A DNA stretch of 63,059 nucleotides, filler included, from Pelomyxa schiedti (lineage: Eukaryota > Protista > Evosea), in the NCBI GenBank assembly GCA_020536535.1. It is 5 parts of 5 records of this genome, joined end to end, with 100 filler letters (N's around TTAATTAATTAA, not from the genome) between each part and the next. Parts side by side here need not be neighbours in the genome. Positions count along the whole stretch, not along the records: positions 23,806 to 43,071 come from JAHLWZ010000375.1; 4 more parts are not named here. The stretch is one strand, 5' to 3'. This document shows, piece by piece, positions 23,806-36,719 of the stretch. The notes under the pieces were generated by a model, which did no database searches, had not been told where the DNA came from, and saw nothing but the letters and a program-made list of their open reading frames with translations. Both the position numbers and the translations under genes were made by a program. The first letter of the stretch is position 1, and every line of letters begins with the position of its first letter.

Positions 23806-26800
23806 CAGCACCAGCAGGCACCCCCCGGGCAGCCCCCCCGCGGCCGCGGCGGCATCCCCCCGCAGTACCACCCCCGGCACGTCGGCCCCCACGCCCCCGC
23901 CCTCGCCACCGGCACCACCAACACCGGCAACCCCCTGCTGTCCGCCACCCTGGGCTCGGCCGCGGGGGGCCTCAACGCGACCCTGGGATCTGCCTCCTCG
24001 TCCTCGTCCTTGTCGTCTACGATGGGCATGAACACGAACATGAACACGACGATGACGCACGGGGGGGCGAGTGCGAGTGGGATCGGGAGGGGACGCGGCG
24101 CGAATCTGTTGCTCGGCGGGACAATCGGGCGGAACCAATTCAACACCACTCTCGGAGGAGGAGGAGGGTACGTTCCTTGTTATGTTTGTGCGAAAGAAAT
24201 TAATTAGTGCTTGTCAAAGTAATTGTTACTGCAATTGCGCCAAAGTGGGTAAATAATCGGCAAGTTAAAACGACAACAGCCACCAAATATTTCCGTTAGA
24301 ATTATCTTTGTTGTATTTTAATATTTTGGGTGTTGCTGTTGTATTGTGATTTTGTAGTTCATGGTGTGCTTTGCCACAATAGACATCAATACTAATTCAC
24401 CCCTGTAGAGGAGGAGCTACGATGAATATGGGTGCCACACTGGGACATGGGGGCGGAGGGCTTACAGGACAGAGACCACCACCCAACACCACTATGAGGG
24501 CCCACCACCCACCTGTCAACAACACACCCACCCCAGCAGCTGACCACGCACTATCATCCACCACTACAGCACTCTCTGCTCTGGCTGGTCCTGAGAGCGG
24601 GGCCGCCGCACAGCAGCTGGGCAACGCTCGCTCTGCAGCAGCTCAAGGAGCGATGGCACAAACTTCTCAGCGGGTGAGGCTAAGGAGACAGCCACCACAG
24701 CAGGCCGTACTACAACATCAACCGCAACCACAAACACAAGCGCCTCAGGTCCAGATGCAACAGCAGAGCGCAGAGCAACAGGAACAGCAAACACAGCCTC
24801 AGGCACAACAAATTAAAATAGAGCCTCAAACACAACAAGAAACAGGGCAGCCAAATGAGGTGACGCAACATATTCATCTGCCTCAATTACCACAACAAAG
24901 TGCGAATTTGGAACAATCTGAACAACGCGGTGCCGAGCCACTTCAAGAGAAAACACCGGAATTCCCTCAAGACCACAAGATATCTGCACCACTACCAGTA
25001 CAAGTACCTAAAGGAGAGGAAGGCTCAGTACCAGAAGTGGTGATGGAAGAAACTTTGATTCCACAGGAAGTAACCGAACCCACCAGAACAGTTTTGGCAC
25101 AACCTCTCAAGGGACCAGATGTAGAAATGCAATCCACTCAACACACCCAACAACAAGAGCAACGAATCTCAGTGAAACAGGAACCCCTGGAAGCGCCCAC
25201 ACCCAGAAGAGGATTCCCAGGTACCCAACAAGTCGGACCCACTCCGAGTAGGCCCTTTCAACAGTCCGCTAGGCCACTACAGATGGGTCCTCCAGCGTAT
25301 TTGCAGCACCCATATCAACAACCACCTTTGAACACAACGCGGCAAGAGGCATTGACAGGAGCAAGTGATGCTAAAACCCTCCCAACTGATTCGTCACCTC
25401 AGCAAGGTGATGGCGATGCCCAAAATGGTGCAAAAACAATAAGACCTCCTCATACTGCCATTGAAGATATCGTTGCACCAACACCAAGCAAAGTTCCACG
25501 CACTCCCTTTTCCGGTAATCTCCCACTAGCAAATCCCTTGCAACGACAACTCCAACCTCGCTCTTCCCAACAGATACCCACTGAATCCCAAGTACTAAGT
25601 CAACAACTTCGCCTTCAGCAAAGCAATCAGGCCCCTCCCCCGGAACAGCAAATGCATATATCACAGACTCCCAGCAGAAAGTCTGCACTTATTGGGGGTG
25701 AGTTGACTCCAAGGAGACTATCACTTCTACAAGGAGTTACTCCACGGGATCCTGCAATAACACCTCTTGTTGGTCTTGATCCAAATCCCTATGAAACAAC
25801 AATCCATGAACTAAAAGAAGAGCTTGCAAGGATGAAGGCCGAAAAGAACTTAAACTTTGAGAATGTAGGCAAATGTTTCGTCACCACTTCTTGACTAAAT
25901 GGCAATCTAGATGGTGAAATGCTGTGAAGATTTGAGAAATAAAAACCGGATTTCAGAGGAACAAAGAAACAAGTTAAAAGAGCTGCATCAAACTCTTCAA
26001 AGAGAGGTTTCGGAAATCGGGAAGATGTGAATTACTAACACATTGACAGAATTCTTCACTTCTTGCAAGATTGGAAGAATTAGAAACAAAGAAAAACGAA
26101 CTTCTAGAGCAAGAGCGCGATAAATTGGCAGGTACAGCATTATCTGTTTTTCTTGGGAGTGCTTATTCCCTAATTGTAGGCAGCCATGACGAAGTTTCTA
26201 TTCTGCAGGGGCAGGTCTCTGATCTAGAAGCAAAACTCTCCAAGTTCCCGCCACTTTTTTTATTTGACAACCACTTATTGTACAAAGGAATGAAGAGCAG
26301 CATGAGGCACTGACAAAAGAAAATACAGAGCTGAATAAACTTTGTGAGTCTACAATGCAGTTATCTGAGCAGCAGCGCTTGTCTTGGGAAGCCTCTGAAT
26401 CGGATAATGCTAAACTTCGTTCTGAGATGGACGAAGTCTCCAAAGAAAGAGAGAGTCTTCGTGAACAACTTCAGCAATGTCAAGGATACCGCACTACTGC
26501 AGATTTGAAAGTCCAGGAAAGTTCAAGCAAACTACAAGAATTGGACACACTCCGCAGGCAACTGCAAGAAAAAGAGGAGTTCCTCAATGAACTGAAATTG
26601 GGACAGGAGGCAGAGAACAGTAGAAGAGAAACGGATATGGTGGCGCTGCGTCATCACCTTCAAGAAACTGAAGAGAGTCTAAAACAATCTCAAAATCAAC
26701 TCCAGGCAGCAACACAAAAAATAAGTGTTTTGGAGAGCAGATCTGAGGGAGACAATGAGCTTCAACTCTTGCTTCAAGAAACTGAAATCAAGTTGCAGGA

Positions 26801-29800
26801 AACTACAAACTCTCTTTCAAATTCTGAAAGGGAAGTGGCTGAACATCTTCAAAAAGAGAAGGAAATAGCGGGAAAACTTTCTCAGCTTGAAAGCACGCAT
26901 GAAGACACTATTAAACAACTGACTGTGAAACTCATGAAGGTAAACGAAGAGAACAGAGAAACCACAAAGAGGATGGAGCAAGAGAAGCAATCAGTTGTGG
27001 AGCAACTCTCCACGATTAGCGAGAAAGCCAAATCCCTAGAAGAGGAGTGTGACGCCTTGCGTAGAGAAAAGGAGGACCTAAGCATATCCTTGAAGGATGT
27101 CACAGAAGGAAAGGAGAGAATATCCACAGACCTCAATAGTATCAAAGAGCACAATGCTGTTCTGAGTGATCAGCTTCTCAAAAAACAGCAGGAATGTTCT
27201 GCTTTTGAAAACGAGGTTCAAGAGTTGAAAACAGAGAACCACAAAGAAAGAGTACACATGGAATCTCTTTGTGCAGAGATGGGCTCAGAAAAGACTCGTC
27301 TCGAAGCAGAACTTAAGGCCAGCCAAGAACGCAGCAAGACTTTGCAAGAACAGTTGCAGGAAATAACAATATCCTATGAAGCTGCCAAACGTGACGTGCT
27401 TGATAGGGAGTGCACAGTTGCGGCGCTTACCCAAGATGCAGAAGCACTCAAAGTGTCACATGAAGTGGAAATGAAAACCCTCCAGGGAAGCTTGAGCGAT
27501 TTAGGATCAAAGAACTCCCTTCTCCAACAAGAACTTGACCGCTCAGCAGATGTACTGGCCAAGACAAGTCAAGAAAAAACGGAATATAACGACAGAGCGG
27601 AAACCCTACAGCAGGAGCTGCGGGAATCCACAGGTCAGATTTCACTATTAAAAGAGAGAAATTTGCGGCTGGAGACAGATTTAGTTCAACAGAGAGGAGA
27701 ACTCGCTAAGACCAGAGAAGCTCACAACGCCAGCACAGTCCTGATTTCTGAACTTCAGACACAAATAGAAAAAGAACGGGAGCTATTTGGGAGACAGGAA
27801 GCTGAGCTCAAAAAAGCAAGGGAGCAAGTAGAAATCACAAGGCAAGACTCTGACCAAGTTCTTGTTCAACTGCAAAAAGAACATACAGCACTTCAAGAAA
27901 AATACCGCGGTTTAAGTGAAGATCACGGGAATCTAGAAGGAAGAAATAAGGCTCTTCAGCTTGCATGTGAAGAAACAACCAGGAAAATTGATATGCTTCA
28001 GACCCAACACACACAGCTTGGGTTAGGGTTCACGGAGCTGACTTCCCAATATGACATACTTAAGAAGTCCCTGGAGGAAAGGGAGCAGACCATATCTCAA
28101 CTGCGTATGGCTACAGAAACGACTGAAAAGAGAAAAGCGAACCTACAGGCATCACATGATGAGCTTCTTGCCAACTTCAAACAACTATTACAAGAAGTTG
28201 AGGACTGGAAAACAAAATACAACAGCTCTCAGCAGAACTCAAACCAAGAGCGTGACAGATATGAAGCACAAAAAGTTTCCATGCAACAACAAATTGAAGA
28301 GATCAGGAACGAATACAAAACGACCACAGACCAGAAGCAAGAACTGGCGAAAGTGGTTGAGCAACTCAACCTTAAACTTTCTGGACTTGAGGCACAGATC
28401 CAACTTGCAGAGAAAGAGACTTCTTCTTTGCAAAGTCAGTGCACTGAACTACAAAAGGAAGTAGCATCTCTTGGTTCTGTCCGAGACGCATTGAAGGAAG
28501 AAATGAAAAACTGTGAGACTGAAACTCTGCACACGCAACAGAGGATGCAAGAAGAATGCACGTCATTAAAGGTCAAGTTGGACCAAGTACAGCAGGAGTG
28601 CTTGGCTGCAAAAGAAAAAGCTTCTTCTCTGGAAGCCTCCATTTCGAGTATAAATACGGCCCACCAAGAGCTTGAAAGGGAAGTGGAACAATTGCGGTCT
28701 GTGAAGGCTCAACTGCAAGAATCTTTGGAGAGTGCAAACAAAGATAACTCTTCCATGCGAGAACATATGAGTGACATTGATGAAAAAGCCAAAAGAAATG
28801 ATGAAGAGCTCCAAAAAATCAAGGAGGAGAAGGAAGGGGAGTGCCAGAGGCTTCGGGATAAGTGCGCCAAATTTGAAGAAGAAAAGCAAGAGTTGGTTGC
28901 GGAGAAGAATGGTGAGTGTGACAGATTACGGAATAAGTTTGCAAAATTGGAGAAGGAATGCGTGGATTTGGACTCCAAGTGTACCAAACTGACAGCGGAA
29001 ATTGCTGTGCTGAATGATTTTAAGTTGAGAGTGGGTGAGTTGGAGTGCGATAACGAGAAGTTCCAAAAAGCACTGGAGGAAGCTAACTTGGGGAAGCAGC
29101 AGCTACNNNNNNNNNNNNNNNNNNNNNNNNNNNNNNNNNNNNNNNNNNNNNNNNNNNNNNNNNNNNNNNNNNNNNNNNNNNNNNNNNNNNNNNNNNNNNN
29201 NNNNNNAAACTGACAGCGGAAATTGCTGTGCTGAATGATTTTAAGTTGAGAGTGGGTGAGTTGGAGTGCGATAACGAGAAGTTCCAAAAAGCACTGGAGG
29301 AAGCTAACTTGGGGAAGCAGCAGCTACGAGTCCTTGTAACTGAGCTCGAAGAGAAACTCACGCAAGAGCGCATTGAAAGTGGTGAACAGATTGCCGAACT
29401 TCTCCTTCATATAAGGGTGTATGAGCCACCGCCACTGCCTGAAGTGGGTTCCATCGACTCAGATAAGTCCGCCACAGAACTTCTTGAAAAAGCAAAAGCA
29501 AAGATCGGGTGGCACACAGGCAGAGAGAGTGCCGCAACCAGAATAGAAGAGATTCTCCTTGGAAACTTGGTTCCCGAAGAAAGCTCTGCTCTTCCAACTC
29601 ATTCCACACCTCAGTCATCACCGGCAATAACTGCACCGGTGGCGCTACAAGAACCAACGTCCATTAAAGAAGCCCTCCCTTCAACACAAGTCGACCAAAA
29701 AGCTGTTGTACAACAAATTGTGGAAGCCAAGGTACGCTCTGTTTATCTCCAACTTTCGTTTAAACTTTGAACGCAGGCCACGGAAATTTCTGCGGTGAAA

Positions 29801-30299
29801 CAAGCAGAGCCCAGTGAAACGCCGTCAGTATCGGCATTAACAAGTACTACAACAATAACAAGCTCCCCAACCAAGAAGAAACGGGACTCCACCAAGGAAA
29901 CACCACAGAAGAATTGCCCACAAAAAAGAAAACGCGGCTCAGGTGGTGATACTCCAACACCCAGTACAACGCCAGAAACCGGCAAGCCTAAACGGTTTGA
30001 ATTTCCCCCACAATTACATGATACCGGTACTGATATTCCTTTTAGTGTGCCGCTGGCTAATACACAAACGGTAATCGCTCTTTACTTTTCGTTCTTCTAA
30101 CTGCCAGCAGAACACTACACAAATGGTGCAACCAACTATACCAAAGAAGCCAAAAATTCTCACATCTCCGCCAGCAAAAGCAAACCCGGTACGCCATTGC
30201 TCTTCCCGTTCTCTCAAACTAATAACGAAACACAAGGTCAATAAGAAGCGTCCAAAACGCAAGCAACAAAAACCGCCACTATCGACCCGATCATCCTGA
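23806..30299 (+). CDS. Giant coiled-coil protein with a Gln/Pro-rich head and basic Ser/Thr-Pro tail; 5' end truncated by scaffold edge
   Basis: ORFs 24422-25894 (low complexity), 26355-29106 (continuous heptads), 29228-29770 and 29795-30100 are linked by GT-AG introns. The tail has SPTKKKRD, KRKRGSG and KKRPKRK. Stop TGA at 30297-30299. Confidence 0.75.
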
Positions 30300-30305
30300 C
30301 CCCAA

Positions 30306-30822
30306 TAGACTTACCCTAAAAATCATTAATCAGCGTTTTCGCATCCATCTGGCAGAAATCGGCTTCACGCAACAGCTTTTGATAAATCGCCAGCTTCGAT
30401 AAAACAAAAGTTTCCGTTCTGGAAATGCCAGCTGACAAAAAAAATGGTTTTTTGGTTGTGCTGGTTCCCAGCTGAATCACTCAGTTGGGAAACAAGAAAG
30501 GATTCAATAAAAAAAATATTTTTTTTCTTGCGACATAAAACTACACAAAAAAACATCCCACGAGCCCAGGTGCCAACGTGCCCAGCTCCCACACAACACC
30601 CATGCACCAACACTCCAACACGGCTGCGCTCTAGGTGATGCAATCGCGCCATCAATTCTGGAAACCTGTGATGTACGCCAAAAAAAAAATGAAGGGTACA
30701 ACAACAAGCCAAACGATTGGGAACACAACTGAGTGATTCAATGTTTGAGCTTTCTGCAGAACCGAAAATTTTTCGTTCACGTTCACAATGCATTAGACTT
30801 ACCCTAAAAATCATTAATCAGC
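30306..30822. repeat. Pair of identical 29-bp direct repeats (30306-30334 and 30794-30822) bracketing an intergenic segment
   Basis: tagacttaccctaaaaatcattaatcagc occurs at both positions. Confidence 0.9.
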
Positions 30823-30842
30823 TAAACTTTCCGGTTCGTCCC

Positions 30843-31809
30843 ATGGGACAAACACAGTTTGGTTGCACCGGCAGCCGAGCTCCTTACATCCTAAAGCGAC
30901 ACAATGACTACCTGAGCGACGACGATGTGGTTGGAGGCCTCATAGACAAAGACACTTTACGGGTGTGTATGGAGCCAAGTCCACACCGAGACGGAGTATT
31001 AGTCGAGCATAAAGTCATCATCATTGGCGGTGATGTGGCCTCGATTTTTTTTTTTTGGTGATGATGCTTGGTTATTGACTTGGGGGTGATACACAGGTCG
31101 CGGCGTTGGGAAGACGTCACTGTTCCGTCACCTGCTGAGAATAAACAGTGAAACACCAACACTCCCAGAACTCCGCAGCTTTCAAGTGTTCTTTTCAGTT
31201 TTATTTGTTGAATGTTAACACTACCGCTCTGGCAGGGGGGGATGACACTATCTGACATTAATTGTAAAGTTAGCCTAGTATGGTTCCTTCCATCAAATCA
31301 AATTCCTAAACTCTCCAAGTGGGACGTTCCCGGCAGCAATGAGGATCCTTCCAGTGCGTAGCTGCTCTCCCACATTGTTGTTCACCACCCAAGACCTTAC
31401 CTTCTAGGTGTTCACTACCGCAATAGTGCTGTCTGCCTCCTGGTGTATGACACCGGGAGTGTGGGCTCTGCTGAAGATCTGATCCAATGGGTCTCAGAAG
31501 TTTTGAGGTTTAGTCCAAGTTGCTGTGAACTGATTCTGGTTGGAAACAACAAGGGTGCAGAAAACCACCAGGCAAAGGAAATTGTCAAGGTTTAGGAATT
31601 CTTTAGTTTATTGAGACCTAACCCATTTTCCCCAGCGGCTGGCGACCAGCCGGAGCCTACAGCTACAGTGTGCCCACATGCCTTTTTTTTTTCTTCTAAC
31701 TTTTAGCCATAGAACTGTGAACACTCAAAGTGGCGACGGCATTGTGGCACTGTGGAAACGCATAAAGAAATCACTTTGTATTCAGAACCAACCTGAGGAT
31801 TGGGGTTAA
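30843..31809 (+). CDS. Divergent Rab/Ras-like small GTPase
   Basis: MGQTQFGC...KVIIIG/GRGVGKTSLF (G1), CKVSL/WDVPG (G3), HYRNSAVCLLVYD, ELILVGNNKG (altered G4), TVNTQSGDGIVALW (G5-like). No C-terminal Cys prenylation motif. Confidence 0.8.
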
Positions 31810-31829
31810 ATACACTCATGTTTTTCACT

Positions 31830-32796
31830 TTAAAGTGACGCGTAGCCACTGGCACTAGTAAAGTCCACTGCGGACTCAGATTCTGGGAAAAAGTCGCAAG
31901 TGTGGTGATAGAAGAACTTGGTCATTGTGTATGTAATCCATGCAAGTACTCGGCCTCTCCACACTCTGCAAGAGCGGCTGCATCCACCAAGTTCGGCAAT
32001 GGATGCTTTGGATAATAAGCATAGAATAATAAAGGAAACAAGTAGTTTATTAACTAGGAGTAAGGGACATACAATAATGCATGGAGGCAAAGGTACAAGA
32101 AAAACAAAAGGCAGGATAGATTGTGGATACAACCTGTGGCCCAGCAGGGATTCTAACATCAGCACCCTAAAGTAGAGTAATAACGGTTAGTTGAAAGTGT
32201 ACAAAATCACATATGTATTTGAAGGAAAACTACCTTTGGCATTATCAGTAAGTCAATGGCGGCAACACCGATCATAATCCAAGGGTATATTATAATAATA
32301 AAACTGGCCACTACAGGGACCCACTTCCTGGTTGAGTCTGTTGGAGCTTTGGATGCACAACATAACTGCAATGCTTAGATGGCACTTAGAAGCGAACTGG
32401 ATACGGAGATGATACCTTGCATGTGTGGTCCTCTGTGAATGCTACAAAAAACATACTCCGCTTCCACACAATCAACCCCAATAAACGCAAAGCCTCAGGT
32501 CCCCAGACACCAATAATAAGCATCCAGTATGCCCCCGTCGGGGATAATTTCCCGCTATACTCCCCACTGAATCCTAGTATAACTTAGAAAGAGGGAAACG
32601 CAAACCCCATTAGCTTTATCATTTATTACTGGCTCGCTCTCCCAAACACCATCTCACTGCAATAACAATGGCACGACCTATAAATGATATGGCGTTGTAC
32701 AGAGTCAGTACAATTCCAAGCCCCAACATCAACATTCCGAAACTTGCAACAGTAGTCGCCATTCCACACAAGGTTCCGCATCCCTTGGTTCGTCAT
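31830..32796 (-). CDS. Hypothetical multi-pass membrane protein
   Basis: Several hydrophobic exons (AYWMLIIGVWGPEALRLLGLIVW, WVPVVASFIIIYPWIMIGVAAIDLLIMP, SILPFVFLVPLPPCII) are separated by GT-AG introns. The start codon is uncertain. Confidence 0.55.
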
Positions 32797-32940
32797 GTCA
32801 CTCTCTTACGAAAGAACACATAGGAAAAACCCAAAAAAGTGAAACGGTACGGTGTATCGTCTTGTCATTCTTTCTTTTTGTTTTACTTGTGATGGCTTCG
32901 TGGAATAGCCAAGCTGAAGAGGGAGGCGTTGTTGGGCAAT

Positions 32941-35900
32941 TCAAAAATCGAACTGGGACATGCATAACTCCACCCCCTGGTTTTGTTGCGTTAGTTATTG
33001 TGTTTGTTGAAACAGTAAAGTGCTTTGTGTTGTCTGTGCGTTTACTTTTAGTTGTTTGTATGGGACATACTTTCTCAGTGAATTCTTCTTTGGATACACA
33101 GAGGTTACAGAAGGTCTCGTGGTTGGCAGCCATTTGGGCAGCACCGAGCCACACGGAAAACTTGCGGTTTTCCGGCGCAAATAGTTTCATTAATGCGCGG
33201 TCTTGCGGAGTCATCATCTGCTTTAGGTCCTGCTCGATTCTTTCTCTGAATCCTTTTTGGGGTAATTGTTGGCGGTGTGTTTGTTGCGGGAAGTGATTAG
33301 AATACCGGTAAACAGGGAAGTGCCTCCGGCAAGAACAATGTTAGGTAGCATTGATTGTCTGTCCTTCGAATCCACGCCGTTGATGCTCTCAAGTATCATT
33401 TGCTGAGAAATATCAGGGCAGGAGAATGGGTGCGGATGTAATTATATACAGGGAGTCCCAAGGTGTCTTTCCCAAGCAATGTTGGATTGAATAACGGCTC
33501 TGCGCACATGAAACGGGATTTGGTTACATGAACAACCTGGTTTATGTTAATTTTCCCTGTTATGGAAAGGTAAGTCACTCTGACCTCTGCATCAGGCATC
33601 CTGTAGGCTGTTACAAGTCTGTCCAGCGGTTTTTTCAGTTCCAACTGGTAGTTGAGAGGAATATAACAAGTAGTTTCCTTAATATCACGAGCAATGTCAC
33701 GTTCCGCACTTGTAGAGCCAAGGTGAATCTATTGTTGGATGATTAGAGATGCACATAACGTAGGAAGACAAACGTGATCTTCGGTAAGTAATGTAACTAA
33801 ATAGCTTGTTATGTCACGGCCTCCTATTTCTAGTCTTTGTATTGCACGTTTCACGGGAATGCCGTTTACAATGGGAACAGTATGGCAAACCTTTGAAGAA
33901 TTAATGAAATGTGGTGAAAGGAATTTCATACTCCATCGCCAGCGTCAAGAACAACTCCTGTTGTTCGACCACCAGAAAAAAGAGAAGGAATTGCTTGCGG
34001 ACAGACATAGAGGCCCGGTACACCAAATTTCTCAAACATGACCTCAGCTAGTTTGTGCCTGCTGTCCTGCATTAGGGTCGATACGTGAAATACAAAAAAG
34101 AAGGAAAGATCACCCGTGGATTCAAGGCTGGCTCTGTGATGAAGACAGGGTGTTGCGTTGGGTCGACTCTTATTTCATTCTTGGAAGGTTACCCTAAAAT
34201 GTAAATTGACAAGTGCCTACCAAAAAAGTGTGGTGCCAGACAGCTTCCATATCCTCCCAGTTCGTTATAATGCCATGATTGATGGGGAATCTAAGAGCAA
34301 GAATTCCCTTCTTTGCTTTGGCTTCCTCTCCAACATACCTAAATGAAACTTAAATTACTTCGAGGAGTGTGGATATATACAAATGTTCTGAAAGCATTGG
34401 CATATTTTGTCGGTACATTGGCCTTCCTATTACAGTAGGAAAGCAACAGCGTGGTCCAGCCTCTCCAGCCATTCCGGCTTTCATATACCCAGTTCCGTTG
34501 TCAAAAATAACACCTGGCCCAACTTTACTGGGAATAATTTTGCCGTGCTGTACCAGTAAGAAAGAATAAATATAAAGAGAAATACCTTGGGAACCACAAC
34601 AACTGGAGGAGGTGCTGGCTTTGGGGCGGGAGGAGCAGGTTGTGGTCGTGCTTGCACTGCAGTAACCTTGATGGAATTCAACCTTGCCAGCAAGGGATCT
34701 GCAGAGTAAGTGTTCTGTTCATGAACCAAAAAGTTACCTTCTTTTGGTGGCACATCTTTAACTGTCACTGGAGGGTCTTTCACAAATACTTCAAAGGGTG
34801 CTCCATTTCCTATTGGTACATTTCCCAAGTGAATTGCAATGGCATATCCACCACTAGTTTTCATATTAGATTTGGTTTTTTGTGAAAAGAAGAACTGACG
34901 GCTTTGGCGGGGTATATTGAACAGTATAGGTTCCATTGTTGTTATCGACAACTGTACCAAGCATCTTGATTCCCGCAGGACCGGCTATATATACTTTGAA
35001 GGTATCCCCTCCTTTTGTTCTCGGAGTATTGGAGGCATCCTTTGCAGTAATAGTGAAAGATGTAAGCTGATTGGTGAAAGGGGAGCCCAAGCCGTCCCCT
35101 GACGCCGTGCAATTACGGGGGTCAGTTGTGGGCTTTTTCACTGTTAGACAAAAAGAAGAATAGTAGTGTATCAAACTTCATTGTTCCGGATAAATAGAGT
35201 GTAGGGATTTCCATCCCCAATAGGAGTTTGACCCAAGTGAACGGCAATGGCATACCCACCACTGAAATGTGTAAAAAACCTAAGGAACAAAATGAAAACA
35301 ACCTGAGAGGGGGTTGGTACGACACAGAGTAAGTCCCGTTGTTGTTGTCAACAACCTGCCCGTAAATCCTTGTGTTTTCCGGCCCACTGACATAAACGGC
35401 GAACTTATCACCTCCATGTGTCTGTGGTTGCCCCAAGGGGTTTCGGGCTTCAATTAAGAACTGGCAAGTTGAGCCTGCCACTCCATCGACAAGACCAGGA
35501 CCTCGAGCAGAGCATTTTGAGGGATCTGTCTAGGAGCATGCTGTTAACACAAGAAACCAGAGAGAATGACATACCGCAGAAAAGGTATTATCAAAGGATG
35601 GTGGGGGCCCAAGTTCCGGGAGTTGTGGTGGTTGTTGAGGTGGAAGCAAATCTGGAAATAAATCATCAGGTATCAAACTCTTTATCACTGTTAAAACCAC
35701 AGAAAGAGCTGAGTGGTTCATCATACAGAGGTGTCATAACCAGGGATATTGTTTTCTTTTGCAATAGCACTAATGTAGCAGTTTACAAGAGATGTGTCTG
35801 GTGGCTCTCGTTTGAGCCGAGTGACTACCTAATTGTTACAATTAGCGTACTCTCCCTTGGTATTGGATGCCTTAGGACTTATTGCCGTATCTTCAACACA

Positions 35901-36641
35901 TTCATTGGGGAACTTGTTTCCAAACCTGGCGAGAAGCATAGCACGAACCTGGAAGAGTATGTCACCAGAGATTGCTTCAAGGGAAAAAAATACATGAGAA
36001 ATGAGCTTACTTTCATCAATTCAGGTTGGTCATCGAGATACGGGGCTGCATAGACTATTGTGCAACATGGTTCCCGGAGATCAGCTGCGCACTTGCCCCT
36101 GTTTTTCACGTTAGCAATAATGGTTATTCCAAAAAAAGAGAAAACTTGGTTCCAATGAGGTCCACTCTCCCAAGCAATTGCTGGCACGATAGCGTTACCA
36201 CGTTCAGTACATCAGTCATATATTCTTCAACCACGATGGCGCCGGTCTTAGAGTGGAGCGGGAATAGTATATTAATAATGATACCAAGAATCAAACTAGT
36301 ATTATTCATATCGAGTGTGCAATAATCTTCACCTTGATTCTGGCCTTTTCGTCCTTGCCTTCCGCCAGCAACTCAGCCACTTCCTTTTTGCTTTTTTTGA
36401 TTGACTCCACGTTCTTCTGCCTTCTCACTTGTATCCTATTCATAGCCAGTGTGACATTCAATTGCCTGTCGACGCACACGTGTGAGTGAGTGACTTCAAG
36501 TCAACTTGGGCGAAGGGAAAAGGGGGAGAAAAAAAAAAAGAAAAAAAAAGGGACACACAGGCCAGCGAGATCAAATTTAATGTCGCCCAACAGCGACGAC
36601 GCGAAGTTAGAAAGTGTCGTCAACGCGTTGTTCTGCGACAT
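32941..36641 (-). CDS. fia: Filactin: IST1-like domain + two filamin (Ig) repeats + C-terminal actin domain
   Basis: IST1-like: [66 protein letters not shown]. Filamin repeats: [30 protein letters not shown] and [30 protein letters not shown]. Actin: [93 protein letters not shown]. Confidence 0.9.
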
Positions 36642-36719
36642 TCAGAAGACACACGAGACTGATCGAATTTTTTCCGCTATCATCGAAGCTCTTACGAGAA
36701 CCGCTCTCGAACATAAAGA

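Noticed and set aside
28986-29327. 121-bp exact direct repeat on either side of the N gap (28986-29106 and 29207-29327)
   Set aside because: This is the classic overlap of contig ends across a fixed 100-N gap. Removing one copy gives a continuous reading frame.
35418-36053. 211-aa plus-strand ORF (and its copy at 41854-42462)
   Set aside because: It is antisense to spliced filactin exons and has no independent motif.
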